Of a DNA stretch of 64,000 nucleotides, positions 24,678 through 38,300 are shown piece by piece. The stretch covers positions 62,001 through 126,000 of the forward strand of contig NMRA01000435.1 of the NCBI GenBank assembly GCA_002633005.1. The letters run 5' to 3'. A program made the position numbers and the translations under genes. The notes beneath the pieces were generated by a model. It was not told the origin of the DNA. It was given only the letters and a program-made list of their open reading frames with translations, and did no database searches. This stretch comes from Phoronis australis. Its lineage: Eukaryota > Animalia > Phoronida. Numbering within the stretch: position 1 is the stretch's first letter; each line of letters begins with the position of its first letter.

Positions 24678-24870
24678 CTTTGTCCTCGACTGAACTTGTT
24701 CCTTGCACATCAGGCACTTTTTGACCCGCGGTGAACACAGCGAGCAAGTGGCAATGTGGCCGCACGGGCCAAACAACGTATCTCGCTTCATGTCCGAGCA
24801 GACCATGCACTCGTCCAACGACTCTTGGTCATTTCGTATCTGCGTCCCACTGGCTGGCATGGGGTGTGTG
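24678..24870 (-). CDS. MIB1: MIB1 exon, RING1 (..[45 protein letters not shown])
   Basis: 193 nt; near identity to MIB1 RING1; GTAAGT donor. Confidence 0.95.
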
Positions 24871-25751
24871 CTGAAGCAGACATCACGGGGAATTATTCAT
24901 GCAGTGACACCAAGGCAAAAGAGTTACTGTAATCAATACACAGCAATATGCCACTGATAAATAGACATTACACCCAAAAGGTGGCAGTAGCAGTATCAGA
25001 GACCAGAAACTCCGACGACAACCTGCATTTACAATGGATGTAAATCACGTTCTGGGAGAAATGCATTTTTTTCAAAATTGCTCATTCTGAACTCAGCTGG
25101 ACAACAAAAAGACTTGGCTGGCCAGTTTACCTAACAAGACCAATCTCAGGCAATAGACAACAGTCCTCATGCTAGTGATAAAAACAATAGAATGGCTTGA
25201 CTTGGCTGGCCAGTTATGGCTTGACCTGGGTGGCCAGTTTACCTAACAAGACCAATCTCGGGCAACAGTCAACACTCCTGCCAAGGTTAGAAATCATTTC
25301 TAATATGAGAAAAGGACAAGTTAAGACTAATTTTACACTTGGCAAGCGGTATCAAGATAAAGTTGGTATTTGTGTAGAAGTGGGTTAATAGTAAGTTTAT
25401 GGTACAGCCGCTCTAGTTCATGCTCTCCACACTTCAGATAAGTTCTATTTCGCCTAACGCGAGTCAAGCACGATTCAACATCTTTTGGAATTCCCAGATG
25501 AGGCGCCGCTTTCTGGTCAGCGAGCAGACGACTTACTTGCCAGAAGTAAAATCATGACTCACACCAGGCACTGCTAGTGAACAGAGACATCGCATACAGT
25601 AATGTTGGTTACAGCAAGTGCCGGAGCAAGAGCACAGATTTTGTGCTTTGAGAATATACAGAGGGGTGGCTCATATACTATAGTCTATGGTTTTGACTGA
25701 CGGACTATAAATGGTTTAGTGAAAGTATCAAAAAAGACCACTTCAGCTTAC

Positions 25752-25933
25752 TTGACTCTCTCCTTGTGGCACTTAGCCAAAGCTTTGCACAGGTTGGGGT
25801 CGGGGCAAAGGTCAAGAGGTGACTGACCCTTCTTGTTCTTGATGTTGAGGTCAGCTCCATTGGCAGCCAGGAAACAGGCGATGTTAGCACTGGACTTCTT
25901 GTCGGCACCTTGAGTGCCCAGACCCATCAGAAG
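25752..25933 (-). CDS. MIB1: MIB1 exon ([60 protein letters not shown])
   Basis: 182 nt; MIB1-specific sequence; canonical splice sites. Confidence 0.96.
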
Positions 25934-26379
25934 CTGAGGAGACAGAAACATGGATTTGTAGATGAAATTCTGTCCACAGACAATATTTCTTTAAAAGAGG
26001 TTTTATAAGCTCAACATTTTGAATTTTGTTAGACTTTTTAGCAAAACCAATCATGTGTGTAAAACAAGATAATATTCAACTCAAAAAAGAGAGCTGCAAT
26101 TTCCTCAAAAGACTGCATTTTTGCCAAGGAAATTTCTGTTAAATAATTGATGAAAACTGCCACGGGCTTAGGTTAAAGGAAATCTACACCATCTCAGCTT
26201 GACTCAAAACACGCACAGATGCATAATTTATTGCTAACTTCATTATACGTGTCTGAATCTTAGAAACTGTCAACAAAAAAAATCTACTAGACAAATCACA
26301 TTAGGAACCAGAGCCAACTGCTAAATTCTCCACTGTAGGCCAATAGTTCCCTGACAGGTCAATAGGTGTCAGCACCTAC

Positions 26380-26508
26380 CTTGCCTACATCCTGCATGTC
26401 TTGTAGTTGACGTAGTTGTGACAACGTGTGATGACGCAAGGCCTCATGTAGGGGCGTGTCACCGTCCTTGTCACAGATGTTCAGGTTACAGCCCTCTCGC
26501 ACCAGTAA
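26380..26508 (-). CDS. MIB1: MIB1 ankyrin exon ([43 protein letters not shown])
   Basis: 129 nt, phase 0/0; ttgcAG acceptor and GTAGGT donor. Confidence 0.96.
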
Positions 26509-27190
26509 CTGCAAGGGTCAGATCGAGATCAGTGGTGAAGGGACATAAGTCAACATCTTGAAAATTAATCTACCATGATGAAAAACATTTATTCGTCGAC
26601 GAGTGAAACAACTGGTCAGTTGTGTAATGGTCACGCTGGCTAATACTCATTGTTAGCCACTATGCTAATTAGCTGCTGTTGAATAAAGAAAGGTAGAATG
26701 AGACGTTACATTAAAACACATTTGAGCTTTGGGTATACTCAAGGCACTTCAAATCTAAATTCTGAAGGCTCATGACTCCACAAAACCTTCCCCCTCCACT
26801 ATGTTTTGCACACAAGATTGGCGAGTATAGCCACTGCATTTTAAGATCAAACCACTATAGGCGTATTGATGAGTTCAGTTCCTGAAAGACTTCTACAATC
26901 TGATTACAAGCTTCAGATTATAAGTATTTCTTATGATGCTAAGTTGAGTCTGTATGCCATATCCTGGTGCCACAGTGGAAACTTTATTTGATCCATTTCA
27001 ATTTCAGTCATTTACACTGAAAGTATCAACAAGTCTTCCAAGGATTGCACTTGGTTGACTTCGCCAGTTTTGCCGGGTCAACCATCTAAGACATCCGATT
27101 GGTTCTCCATGACGACTTCCAGCTTATTGACCAATCAAATATCTTGACCTTTGATTGGGTGGAACAGGCGAAGTTAATGAAATGCAGTCA

Positions 27191-27286
<96 letters not shown>

Positions 27287-27958
27287 CTACAATGTTTAAC
27301 ATCAAAAGTAAACGATGCGCGTGATGTTAAATCAGATACGATAATTTCTGACAAAATTACAATGAGGGCCAGTTGCGTAAAAGTTGTTTACAGTTATGCA
27401 CAACAATATAAACAAATTTGTGTATTTAGCCAATGTCTACAAAACTATAGATTTTAACTCAGTAAATGTACATATTTTCGGAAAGTAGAAAGCCAGAAGA
27501 AATTGATTTTCAGAAGAATTTGGAGAGTAAAGAATAAAGCATAATCACATGAGTTCGATCAGCCATTTCTGAACCACGATATTCCAAAATCTGAACATTT
27601 TTCTAAGGTTCTGCATAACCTTAAACAAAGCATTTAACACCATTCAACAATTAAACCCACACTGTGGATATAATAGATAGTTTTACACAACCTAGTTCAC
27701 TTAATATGAAAAAAAAGTAAATAGAAAACCAAGGCAACCAACTTCCTTACGTCACAACAGCATAAACCATCCAGAAGATACAAGTAAATCACTAGAGCGT
27801 TTCGCCACTAACGGATATTTATTAATCAAAGTATTTCTCTAAAACGGTAAAGAAACACACTACACCACAAGAATTTTTTACCACTTAGCATTCATTCTCA
27901 TTGAGACAACATTTTACAATAGCTATGATGCTTTTAAACACTTGTGAAGTACGGATCA

Positions 27959-28111
<153 letters not shown>

Positions 28112-29026
28112 TCATATAAAGTTGAAATTAACAGAGGATAAAACAGAGAATAACTGATTTCAATTATTTCTACAAAAAGTTAGACACTTACCTGAAGGAA
28201 AGTCAGCAACACCTCAAGATAGTGTCACATAGAACAATAATTAGAAAACAACACAATGACTCTCACACTTAGACATAACCCGAGGAGGGGGGCGGGGCAG
28301 TAGGGACAGGGCCAGGACTGGGTGGGGGGAGGACGTTTGTTGTAATAAACCTTTTCTGGATATACTCATGCACAGACTCAGTTCAGTTCAAATACATATA
28401 TCAAAGTTTTTAAAGCACCACTTATCAATCATAACGAATTCACTCTTATAGCCTCTGGAGAAATGAGAAGTAAAAATCAAGAGTGAAGTCAAGCTATTTA
28501 ACAGATATGGCTGACCATTCTGGCATAAAACATCAAAAATGCAGATGTTCGTCAGTCTTTCTTTCTTTTCATCAAAGATATGATGATGAAAAGCAATGCG
28601 TGTTAAAATCACGTCATGTAAAGGCATGATGTCAAGGATTTGCCGACAATTAGATTGTAAGTGCAAGCAAATTAATAACGGCAAATGATTGTAACAATTG
28701 GGGGAAAAACCACAAAGTATGTTGCTGATCAACTCCCATCAAAGTTTCTAAATGAAAAAGACAGTCGCGTGCACTTCAGTGAGCTGACAGTAGACATGTG
28801 CTTATTGAATCATTCTGTGTCATTTAAACCATGATTACATCTGAAACAACACAGGCCAGTGAAAAAACCCCTATCCACGCCTCAGCCAGCCACCATCTTG
28901 ACCTAATTAGGCAAGCCATGTACCACTAGAGTGAGGTCGGTCATCAACTGGTGAGTATCCACAGGCATCAAGCGGAGACTTGAGTGACACACCCAGTACA
29001 CAAAGAAAAATGACCACGACACATGT

Positions 29027-29036
29027 CCAAATATGG
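29027..29036. promoter_or_regulatory. CArG box (SRF site) CCAAATATGG
   Basis: Exact CC(A/T)6GG. The same 10-mer recurs at 34218 and, inverted, at 54658. Confidence 0.45.
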
Positions 29037-32000
29037 GCAGGGCCAGGACAGGAGTGTTGGAACAACACAAAAAGGACCACGTGGCAAGCTGGGCATTAGA
29101 CTTTGTGGATTTGATGATGACAAACTGAGTGAACATTGTAGGCGAAAATGGAAGAAACTACACAATATTAACAATAATTCCTGTAGTGTTCTGTATTTTG
29201 TTTCAATTTCCATTTAATCCCTGACATTTCACTTTCTAGCCAGTGTATTCTATTTTATGTCATGTCAGATTAGTTAGAAAACCTCTATCACATTTAGCTT
29301 ATGGAGAAAAGAGCACACTGAACTCCGCTGTCTTATAACTTTGAATCACAAACACTGCTTCCAACTGGAAACATGGTTTTGGATTAAAAAGCGACCAGCT
29401 TACAAATAAAAGTAAGCGGCATATCTCCAGAGTCAGCTCCACGCCTTCACCACACAGCTAACATAGCAAACAATCCCCTCATAACATCATCGTGGGGAAT
29501 GTTTGTATGACCCTGATTAAGATGTAATCATAAGTCAATTTGTGCTAAAAATTGTTTTACATCCTACAGCCACGTTGACCTACAAAAGCAAAGATCAGTT
29601 GTATCAAATAGGAGTGATAAAACGCGCTCTATGCAAATGGTACAAAAATGGTATCCGCACTTGGCATCAAAATCTTTGAGTTCAAATGATTTGAACCCAG
29701 CATAAACTATATAAGGCTAGTTGAATGACACTGGTGCAGCCAAGGGGGAGACTGAAGAACTGGAGGGAACTGAAGAGGTCCAGGAAGAATGAGGAGCAAC
29801 AAGACTCCGATGAAGAGAGAGTATGGGAGCATCTCCTCATATCAACAGGATATCTCTAAAGCTATTTTTCAGTGACACAGCCTTGAAAACTGTGTACAAT
29901 GTAGATGGAGTAGTTTTTGCACTAGAACATCATGGTAACCATCGCTTGCTTGTCGGAATTCGTCAACAGAGGTCCAGGAAGAATGGAGAGAAACAAGAGT
30001 TGAAGAGGACAGAGGATACAAAATTCTGCCCAGATGAACAGGATATCCCTAAAGCTAAGAATTTCAAAAATGTTTTCATGACATCAACTTGAAAATTGTG
30101 TTTAAAGTCAATGGAATTAATTTGACTCTGGAACATAGTGGGAAAGTTAGCTTGCATGTAAATCAAGGTGTGAGTGAGTGAAGGATGAAGTGGGAAGAGA
30201 GGGCAAATGTTCCAGCATGCATAAGGATTTTGAACAAATGAAGGGATTGGAAGTAGAAAGAATTTCTCACATCACAGATAATACGGTAAAAATTCTTTAG
30301 TTTGGAAAGCAATGTGGTAGTGAAGTGAAAACTCATTTTTTCAAACTTCTCAATTGAAGAAAATATTGACAAAAATTCACTTAGTTTTCTACTTGATTTG
30401 CATGGCGTAGGTTTCAATGAATGACTTTTGGTGAAACTTTGAAACATTTTTGGTCATGAAATAAGCCACTCAAAGTACAGAAATGGCTATTCAAGCGATT
30501 GTTTTTTTCACAAATTGAATTTGTCATTCAAAGGAGTAGCGAAATGACTGAAGGCTAACTCGATTGGTCAAGATCTAGGTAGAATTAGACAATTAGACAG
30601 GCAGTGCGCAATCCNCCCCCCCCCCCCGCCACTAATGTACAACTCAACTTCCCTTTTGGACAGACAAATGTTAAATTCCAAAATGCAAGTCTGTTTCACA
30701 CAAACAGTGCCACACCTTCAAACTGTATAAAGCCGTTGAGGAGCAGAGCCAAGCGGGTGATTACTCCTTATTTCAGAGTTCTGAAAGCTTTGACAGACAT
30801 TACTTGCAGAGGAAATTGTGAAACTGTTAGCACCAAAGGTTCAAGAACATTTTAAAAAAGTCTATCAGGGGTAAATTGACAACTATAGGAAAAGTAATTT
30901 CCTCCAGTATGAAATAATATCGAGTCTTGCTTCAATATGAAAAGACACAAAAAGTGTGTATGTTGGTTTTTCAAAAATTATCAAATTTCAAAGCACAGCA
31001 GTCAAAAACTGCGGAAAAATTAAGACAGACACGAATGTCAGTGACAGACCAGTTGTTGAAAATAATGGTGGACACTTCACAGCATGTGCCTTATGAGCTA
31101 TCACTGTTAGAGCAGCTAATTCTGAACATCACCATGGAAACGGAGGGTCATGTGTTATCTCAGGCCTTGGACTCCACAGATATTTGAGGTGGGTTGAGAG
31201 AACCTTTGGGCACTGACACTTGGATAAATCAGTCCAGCTTTAGATGGCGTTAGACAATTACACACCTCCGTGAAAGGTTTCAAAATTTGAAAAGTCTGAA
31301 CTTTGGAAAATGTCACATTAAATAAACATGCCACAACACAAAGCAGGTTTCATGGCTATTTTTGGTGACCTGAAGTCTGTGAATTTTAGGCTCATTAAAA
31401 ACCTGTGAAAGTTGTAGTCAGAGCACTGACACCAGCTACCTGAGTTTTTGTAATTAGCAAGGTCAAAAATATTGATTAAATGTAAAATGCCCAGTTGGCA
31501 AAGTTCACACACAATGTTTTGTAAACGGTTTATCTGGTGCAGGATACCTAGCCAAAGGCAGACAATGACCCCATTGACGATAAAATGACATGTGACTGTG
31601 TGAAACAATGTGGTGTCCTGTTAACAAGACAAAGTCCCTTAACCCCTCCCTTTACAGCTGAACCAATACGATAATTACCATATTTATTTAGCACAGATTT
31701 CCTTCTGTGCAATTCTTACACCAGGAAGTAAGGGTCCTATTCAATTACAAGTTATTTCAGGACTAATCTTTTAATTCTTCAACAAACTAAACCAAACAAC
31801 AGCGTCATTACATAGCAATTATCGCTATTGCCTAACAGAAATACAAAGGACAGTAACTCATTGACTACAGATTGAGACAGCCCAGCACAGAGTTCTACCA
31901 ATCAGGAAGGAAGTATTAGCTAAAATTGCTGGGATGGACTGGTTCTGGATGAAATTCCTGTACACAATGCAGGAACTTTATGATGGGAAACACATGTGCT

Positions 32001-33787
32001 TCGATATGGCAAGGAGGTCATATTAAGTCAGCTATTTAGACTAGCAAGACAGCTTAAGCCATGACCTGCTTTCTCTTGCCTAAAATAGCAAGAAGTTCAA
32101 ATAAATGGCAATGAATTGAACATCATCAGGACAGTTATTCTTCATATTAGGAAAGAATACGACAGGAAAATGATAATTAATTTTGTAGAATTTCTCAATA
32201 ATAAGAATTTTGAGAACTATTATTAATACAATATTGGTTTGTACTGCACAGTACCATACAGCTCAGTGGTCCAATTTGAGTTCTCTGTAATTATAAAGCT
32301 AGTCTTTGAAAATGGAATGTGAACAACTTTGGCTGATAACAGCCATTTCCAGTCAAGTAATGAAATGTCGCTTGTCCCAGGGTACTAAGCGGACAGCATT
32401 CAGCATACTAATATAGAATGTGCCGCATTTTTTATAAATCATGTGCGACAACTATGCCATCATACTGCCACAGTTGAGCGAAACAATTTACACAAAAACA
32501 TCCAACGTCTAAAAATGTCCACGAATGAAAGCAATATCATTTCGTCTCTATCTTGCACACTAGAATTCAAAATTGTTTCAAATGAAAGACGTTTTCATGG
32601 TCTGACGTTCGGTAAAGAGTTGCACGTCAAAAGATCCAAGCTACGTGTTATTTTGTGTGAATGAAATTTCAAATCTAAAGCTAAAATCCTTCCTCGAATG
32701 GATTTTTGTTAATTCTGGATGTATTCGGCTGTCCAGATAAGTCTTAGCAATGCTTTGGCAACGCGAGAAAAGAACCAGACGCAGTAGCTTTTTTCGCGTC
32801 AAATTGAGCCACTGCAAGTTAACAGCAAACAAAAAAGGCCGATAGCAGAAGTTTTGAACACTCGTCGGCACCAGAGTGTATTGAATAAAACATCAATGTG
32901 TGTGGGCGTTGTTTCCAACTGAAAATTCTTAAAATGACGTAAAGAAAAGTTAGGTAATACGCCTAACCTTTCATTAAACATGGGAATTGACGACTTAGTG
33001 TGGTCAGAAAGATGCTTTTAATACACTGCAGCAAGTAAATTTACTGTGATAAAGTTCAAGATAGGTTTAATGACTAGAGCGTGATTTTAGCGGTCTCACT
33101 TCAAAGGACTCCAACTTCTTACAAATAGTAACGTGAAAAACGATGAAAGCTACGTACATTTCTTCGAGACTGGACAAGGAAATAATCCACTACCCAGTAA
33201 CAAATCTCCTCAAATTGGAACAAAAATACCAAAAAAGTCTGGCTGTCAAAAAGATCAATCTACTTCAAGGTGAAAATTCACTTTTTGAAGTTTTGCTCGC
33301 AGATAGTGTTTTCAATTCCCTTGTCCAAATTAAGACAAAAATTGTGGCAAAATCTTAAGACAAAATATTTCCAAAATTTACTTTTCGTATTTTTTAAAAC
33401 TAAAATTACTACGAAGACCCACACTTTTTGAACGCATTGTCTGGTGGTAATCATGGAGTCAAACTTAAACGTCAAAGCATGAATTTTGTGCTACCTAGAT
33501 GTTACGAAGAAATGAAAAAATAAAACTTCCTTTTCCATCTTATTGTGTCCCAAATTGATGAGATTTCAACCTACTCAATAGATTGCAATGCAGATGAAAT
33601 CACCGTTTGTCACTGGGCTTTTGCACAGAAACGTACGACTACAATGGCAAAGGGCAAAGGGCTTGCGACTTCAGGCAAAGGTCATACTTTTTAAAACATG
33701 CACGTGCAATTTATTAAAAATTTATTCAAACATAAACTTCAAACTAACTTTACGGGTTTAATTCTAAGACAATCCTCTATGATTTGT

Positions 33788-34298
33788 GGAATGTGGAATG
33801 TTGATCGCCTTCAGCCTATGTTCACTAACGCCTATATTTAGGGATCCCTTCCTCAAAATAAATCGTCAAAGTGACCCTTTAGGTTACATCAAACCTGTAT
33901 TAGATTTGTTTAAATAAAAAAATATGGAGCTCTTGCAATTCCTTACTACTAGTGACAAAATCAGAAAAACCAGCTGGCTGTAAAGTATGAACACAGACTT
34001 TTTAAAATACCCCGACTGTATTTCTTAACCAACCCAATCAAATTCACATTCACCAGCCAATAGACATAGTCAAACTCCATAACCTTGACTCCATCAACAC
34101 TTGATAGACTATTTAGACCCAACAGTAGCCAAATGTAACCTGGCACTACAGACCACAAAATGCTGGACAGTTGCCATTAAGCCCCGCCCACATCAAATTC
34201 CCTCCAAAATTAAATGACCAAATATGGAGAGCACCAATCGGCTTCGAGCTGGGCCAGGACAAGGGGTATTTTGGCGGGCTTTAGGATCCCTGCAGCTG
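33788..34298. promoter_or_regulatory. Candidate muscle enhancer/promoter upstream of miR-1
   Basis: Tandem M-CAT GGAATG (33788, 33795), MEF2 consensus CTATATTTAG (33832-33841), E-boxes CAGCTG (33971, 34293) and CArG CCAAATATGG (34218-34227). Confidence 0.5.
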
Positions 34299-35261
34299 TC
34301 GCGTTGGTAATCTCATTCCTGAAATATGCCCTTGTTCAGAGAGTCATGGTTATTCCAACAGTTCAGTGTCATTATCATATTGAGGGAAGAGAGGGAGAGT
34401 GATAGTTTAAAATTAAGGCCAGAAATAATCAATACTACCTTCCTCAGCACTGGTACACAAAGGGATTATACTATGCCAATCAAATTAACCTCCACCAGCA
34501 TGACTCTGTCATGTAACAAGCTCTAGCTTTATTGGAATTAGACCTGTCCTCCCCCGCTTGTGGTAATGGGCCATGCCGAGGCTGGGAACAGTTTTTGCTT
34601 GAAATCTGAAACCCTGATCAACATCTGACGGCAAGACATGTATGTGGCCGTGGCTTACCACGCCATATTTGAAGAAGACGGGTACTTATTCAGATGTCAG
34701 CCAGTTACAGCGTGCCAATTCTTCACCAAACCCGGAGTTGAGTGGAATCAAACTCTACTGGCTGGAATGCAGTCTGTGTATAAGATGATGCCAACTGTCT
34801 TCAAGTCACATGTTCTACCAGACTCCATGGAACAAGCATTAGTAGAGGACTGAAGTTTTCAAGCTCTGTCGCCAGTCACCAGTCATTTTCGCATCTTGAC
34901 CTCAGGGGTTTTTTCTGGGTGGAATTCCAGCAAGCCAACACACCAGAGAGCAGGAGCGGCCATTTTGTTTTTCAGCCAGTACAAGGACTCCAGAGCAAAC
35001 TGTGTTTGAAGTACACACACTTTACTAGCTGTAACTTGTGAGCATTTACTGGTAACCTTCCCTCAGGGAGTTTGATTTTATTTAATTTTAAGAATCTTTT
35101 AACTTAAAACATCCGCAGATGAGGTTCATTGGAGAGACTGAGGCCTGCAGAGTGCAACATTGGGCAACGCCCAAGTCTAAACAGGAAAGCTGACCTCTGG
35201 ACCTTGGGACTGTGCACTGACAAGAAATGAACTGTGACAAGGACAGGCCAAAGCGTGAGCC

Positions 35262-35338
35262 ATCGGGTATTCCATACTTCTTTGCGATCCCATATATTTT
35301 CACAACTATGGAATGTAAAGAAGTATGTAGCCTTCGAT
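35262..35338 (+). ncRNA. mir-1: pre-miR-1 hairpin; mature 3p TGGAATGTAAAGAAGTATGTAG at 35309-35330
   Basis: Mature sequence of the miR-1 family. The 5p arm CCATACTTCTTTGCGATCCCATA (35272-35294) pairs with it across a short loop. Confidence 0.97.
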
Positions 35339-38300
35339 TGGTGTAACCACCCCGACATCACTGCAATGCAGGCAACCGACGTTATTTAAATCTTAGTTCA
35401 ACAAATGTAAGTATGTACGAGGCCTTTAAAGTACGGTAATTGTATGAAATGAGAATGTAAATTTCACTTCTAATCGTAAAGTTTTAATTTATTCAACGGA
35501 TCTGTGACTGTTTGCATTTTAGATGGAATAAATGTTTTTATCACAATCTTAAATCAACTGCTTGTTACTAACAATATCCCTAAAAGTCATTGAAGCAGGA
35601 AAATAGGTCTGCGTCTAACCGCAGTACACAGATGTTTGCTTGTGCTTCAGAATTTTAGTTAATAGTAATTAGGAAGAGCTTGGACACCCACTCAAATATG
35701 TAGACAGGTTTACCGCCAAATAATGGCTCTCATTTGCCATTCATTAAGTCAAGAATCCTGAGGCTAATTTTCAGGAAATAGCAAATTTTGAGGTACTAGT
35801 TATTTAGAATGTGGTCTCGGATTTTGAGAACCAATTTGCAGCCTGCAATTCAATGGAGGACAGATTGCTCTCAAAATCCAAAACCACTGAAAGCGATTTT
35901 TACAAACTTTCACAAATTCCTTCATCAGCTCATTATTCACAACGAGAAATAAATTCAAATAATCTTCAAGTAGGAAGTTTTCTATGCAAAGAAAATCATG
36001 TGTTCACCCAAGCCAGACCTTTTAATGAGAACTTGGTTTTTGTAGTTTGAAACCAAACTGGAACACGCCACGCTCTGTTCAGACTAGCTGTAATATGAAA
36101 CAGATGGCGGGTGGTAAGCCTAGTGAATCATCCAACGGGCTATCAGCACCACAGGTCACATGGTTCCCTGCAACTCCATTGATGTTTTAACACAGTGCTG
36201 GCATGGAATAATCAATACAAGGCTTAAAATGGCCTTTTGTTTTTGATAGGGATTCTCTTACATGTTGGGTTCATTGGTAGCTTAGTGGCTGCTGGGATTG
36301 TCTGGTCAAGTAGAAAGCCACAGCTCTTGATCGTACAGCAAGACTATTTTCTAATATTTTGATGAATAATGTCAGCTGGGACAACGAAACTGGACTGCAT
36401 TTGACTGAAATGTTTACAGAAGCTGGTTATTGTTTACCATCTGACTCTATTAAAATATACACTTGATATTATTGCCTTCTGAATCCACTGGTCTCTTCTT
36501 CTTCAAGCCTATAGTGTTTCTCTGAGGTGTTCATTTGCACTGCTAAGCCAATCTCGGGTGGCAGCCATTATAAAAGTGTGACACCTCTTGGCAGAAATGA
36601 TGACTAGAACGATCGCCTGTGTGCGCATGTTCTTGCGGACAAATGCCGTCCTAGAAAAAAATTGACTTCTTGCGGACATATTTCCGCTCATTATGGTGGA
36701 CATGTGTCATCTCGGAAAAAAACGTTTCAAACAAGTTACAGTTATGTAATAAGATGACTATTATCACTGGCAGACTAAAATACACAAACACCATTTTCAA
36801 TCGAATCAACTTCAGTCCAGGTTAACTATTAGTTACCGTTTATTCCTGATGAAAGTTGTCGCACTTTTAAAAATGGCTGCCATAAGAAGGTAACAATTGG
36901 TACAAGTTATACAATTTTGGAATCGACATGACGAGACGATTCAGAGAATAATATCAACTATGCAAGTTAATAAGGTCGGATTGTAAACAGTAACAAGGAA
37001 TCTTACTAAAGATGGCTCATGGAACTAATATTATGAGCTCACTGCACGACATGAAAAATAAGATGGATCCAAGATAAATACAGCGGTCCACCATTTTAAA
37101 ATCAGTTTTATCCACTCAGCGATTAGCTCATTATTTCGTACATGCCAGCTTCTCATAAGTCAGGGACCACGGTATTAAACTGGTGTTTCTTGGTCATTCG
37201 TTTATACTGTACACATCCATTAGACTGATTGCACCTTTCACAAAACCGAAACAATGTTGTCAAAAATCAGACTCATTGGCACAAAAAGAGTTTCAAAACT
37301 CAAAAACCGATGATAATCAGTTACAGGAGTCCCACATTTTGAGAATCAGCGCAGTTCTTTTGACTGAAGAACTGGCATCAAACTGGTTCTCAAACTCTGG
37401 GACCCCTTTAAATGACTATTGCCTTGTTACAATATTGAAATCCTTAAATTCTGGATTTTCAAACTGTTCTAGTTCCTTAATGATTATTGACACAGTAGGA
37501 ACTGCAGGGAAACATGTGAGTTAAAATTGTAAACATCAAGATAGTTCATCACAAATCTACAATGAAGGAGACATTTTTCACAAACCATGTGCTACGACAA
37601 TGCACACCCACAAGTGACCTTTGACCTGCAAAAATCCATGTTGACCTAGATAGTTGAGAAAGGAGCCCTCAGATTGGCTTGGTAAGGAACATTTGACTCC
37701 ATGAAATTCCAGAAGCCTGTGATGAGGATTCAATTACCAAGCCAGGCAAATGCTATTTCTGGAATACACTTTCTCCAGTCACAGATGTCAGGCAAGAAAT
37801 ACAAGATCATGGTGCATTTGTCTGAATAAATTTCAGGTTTTTAATTAACTTTGCAAATGGCCGCCAGCTGCCAGTACCACAGCATTAGATAGAAAGGCAA
37901 CTGTGAAGTCATATTAACAGGTTTGTAAAACATCATCAGAGGAAGGCGTTGTCAATAAATAAATGTCGGGAATCAAAAACAAAAATTAATTGTTCCTATT
38001 GGTTGTTATGGTGAATTGCAAAAAATCACATTAACCAAGCTACCACCCATGATATTTATAAACTGTTCTGGCCATGAACTGCAACCATGACCAGCATTCA
38101 TCTATCAACCACTCAGGCTATCCTGACCGGTGGCTTCTTTCAAAATTGGACAACTTAGACCAGAAAATGACGGCCTACAACCCGATCAACAAAAATGACA
38201 AATCTAGGGCCAGATACTGTTGATCTCGGAGACAACTTAAAATTTCAATAATTAAGCCGACTTCAATAAATATTCAGTCATAAACCACGAGTGTTGGGTA

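Noticed and set aside
36846-36880. CTGATGA + stem as a hammerhead ribozyme
   Set aside because: The GAAA box is absent and no stem I can be formed.
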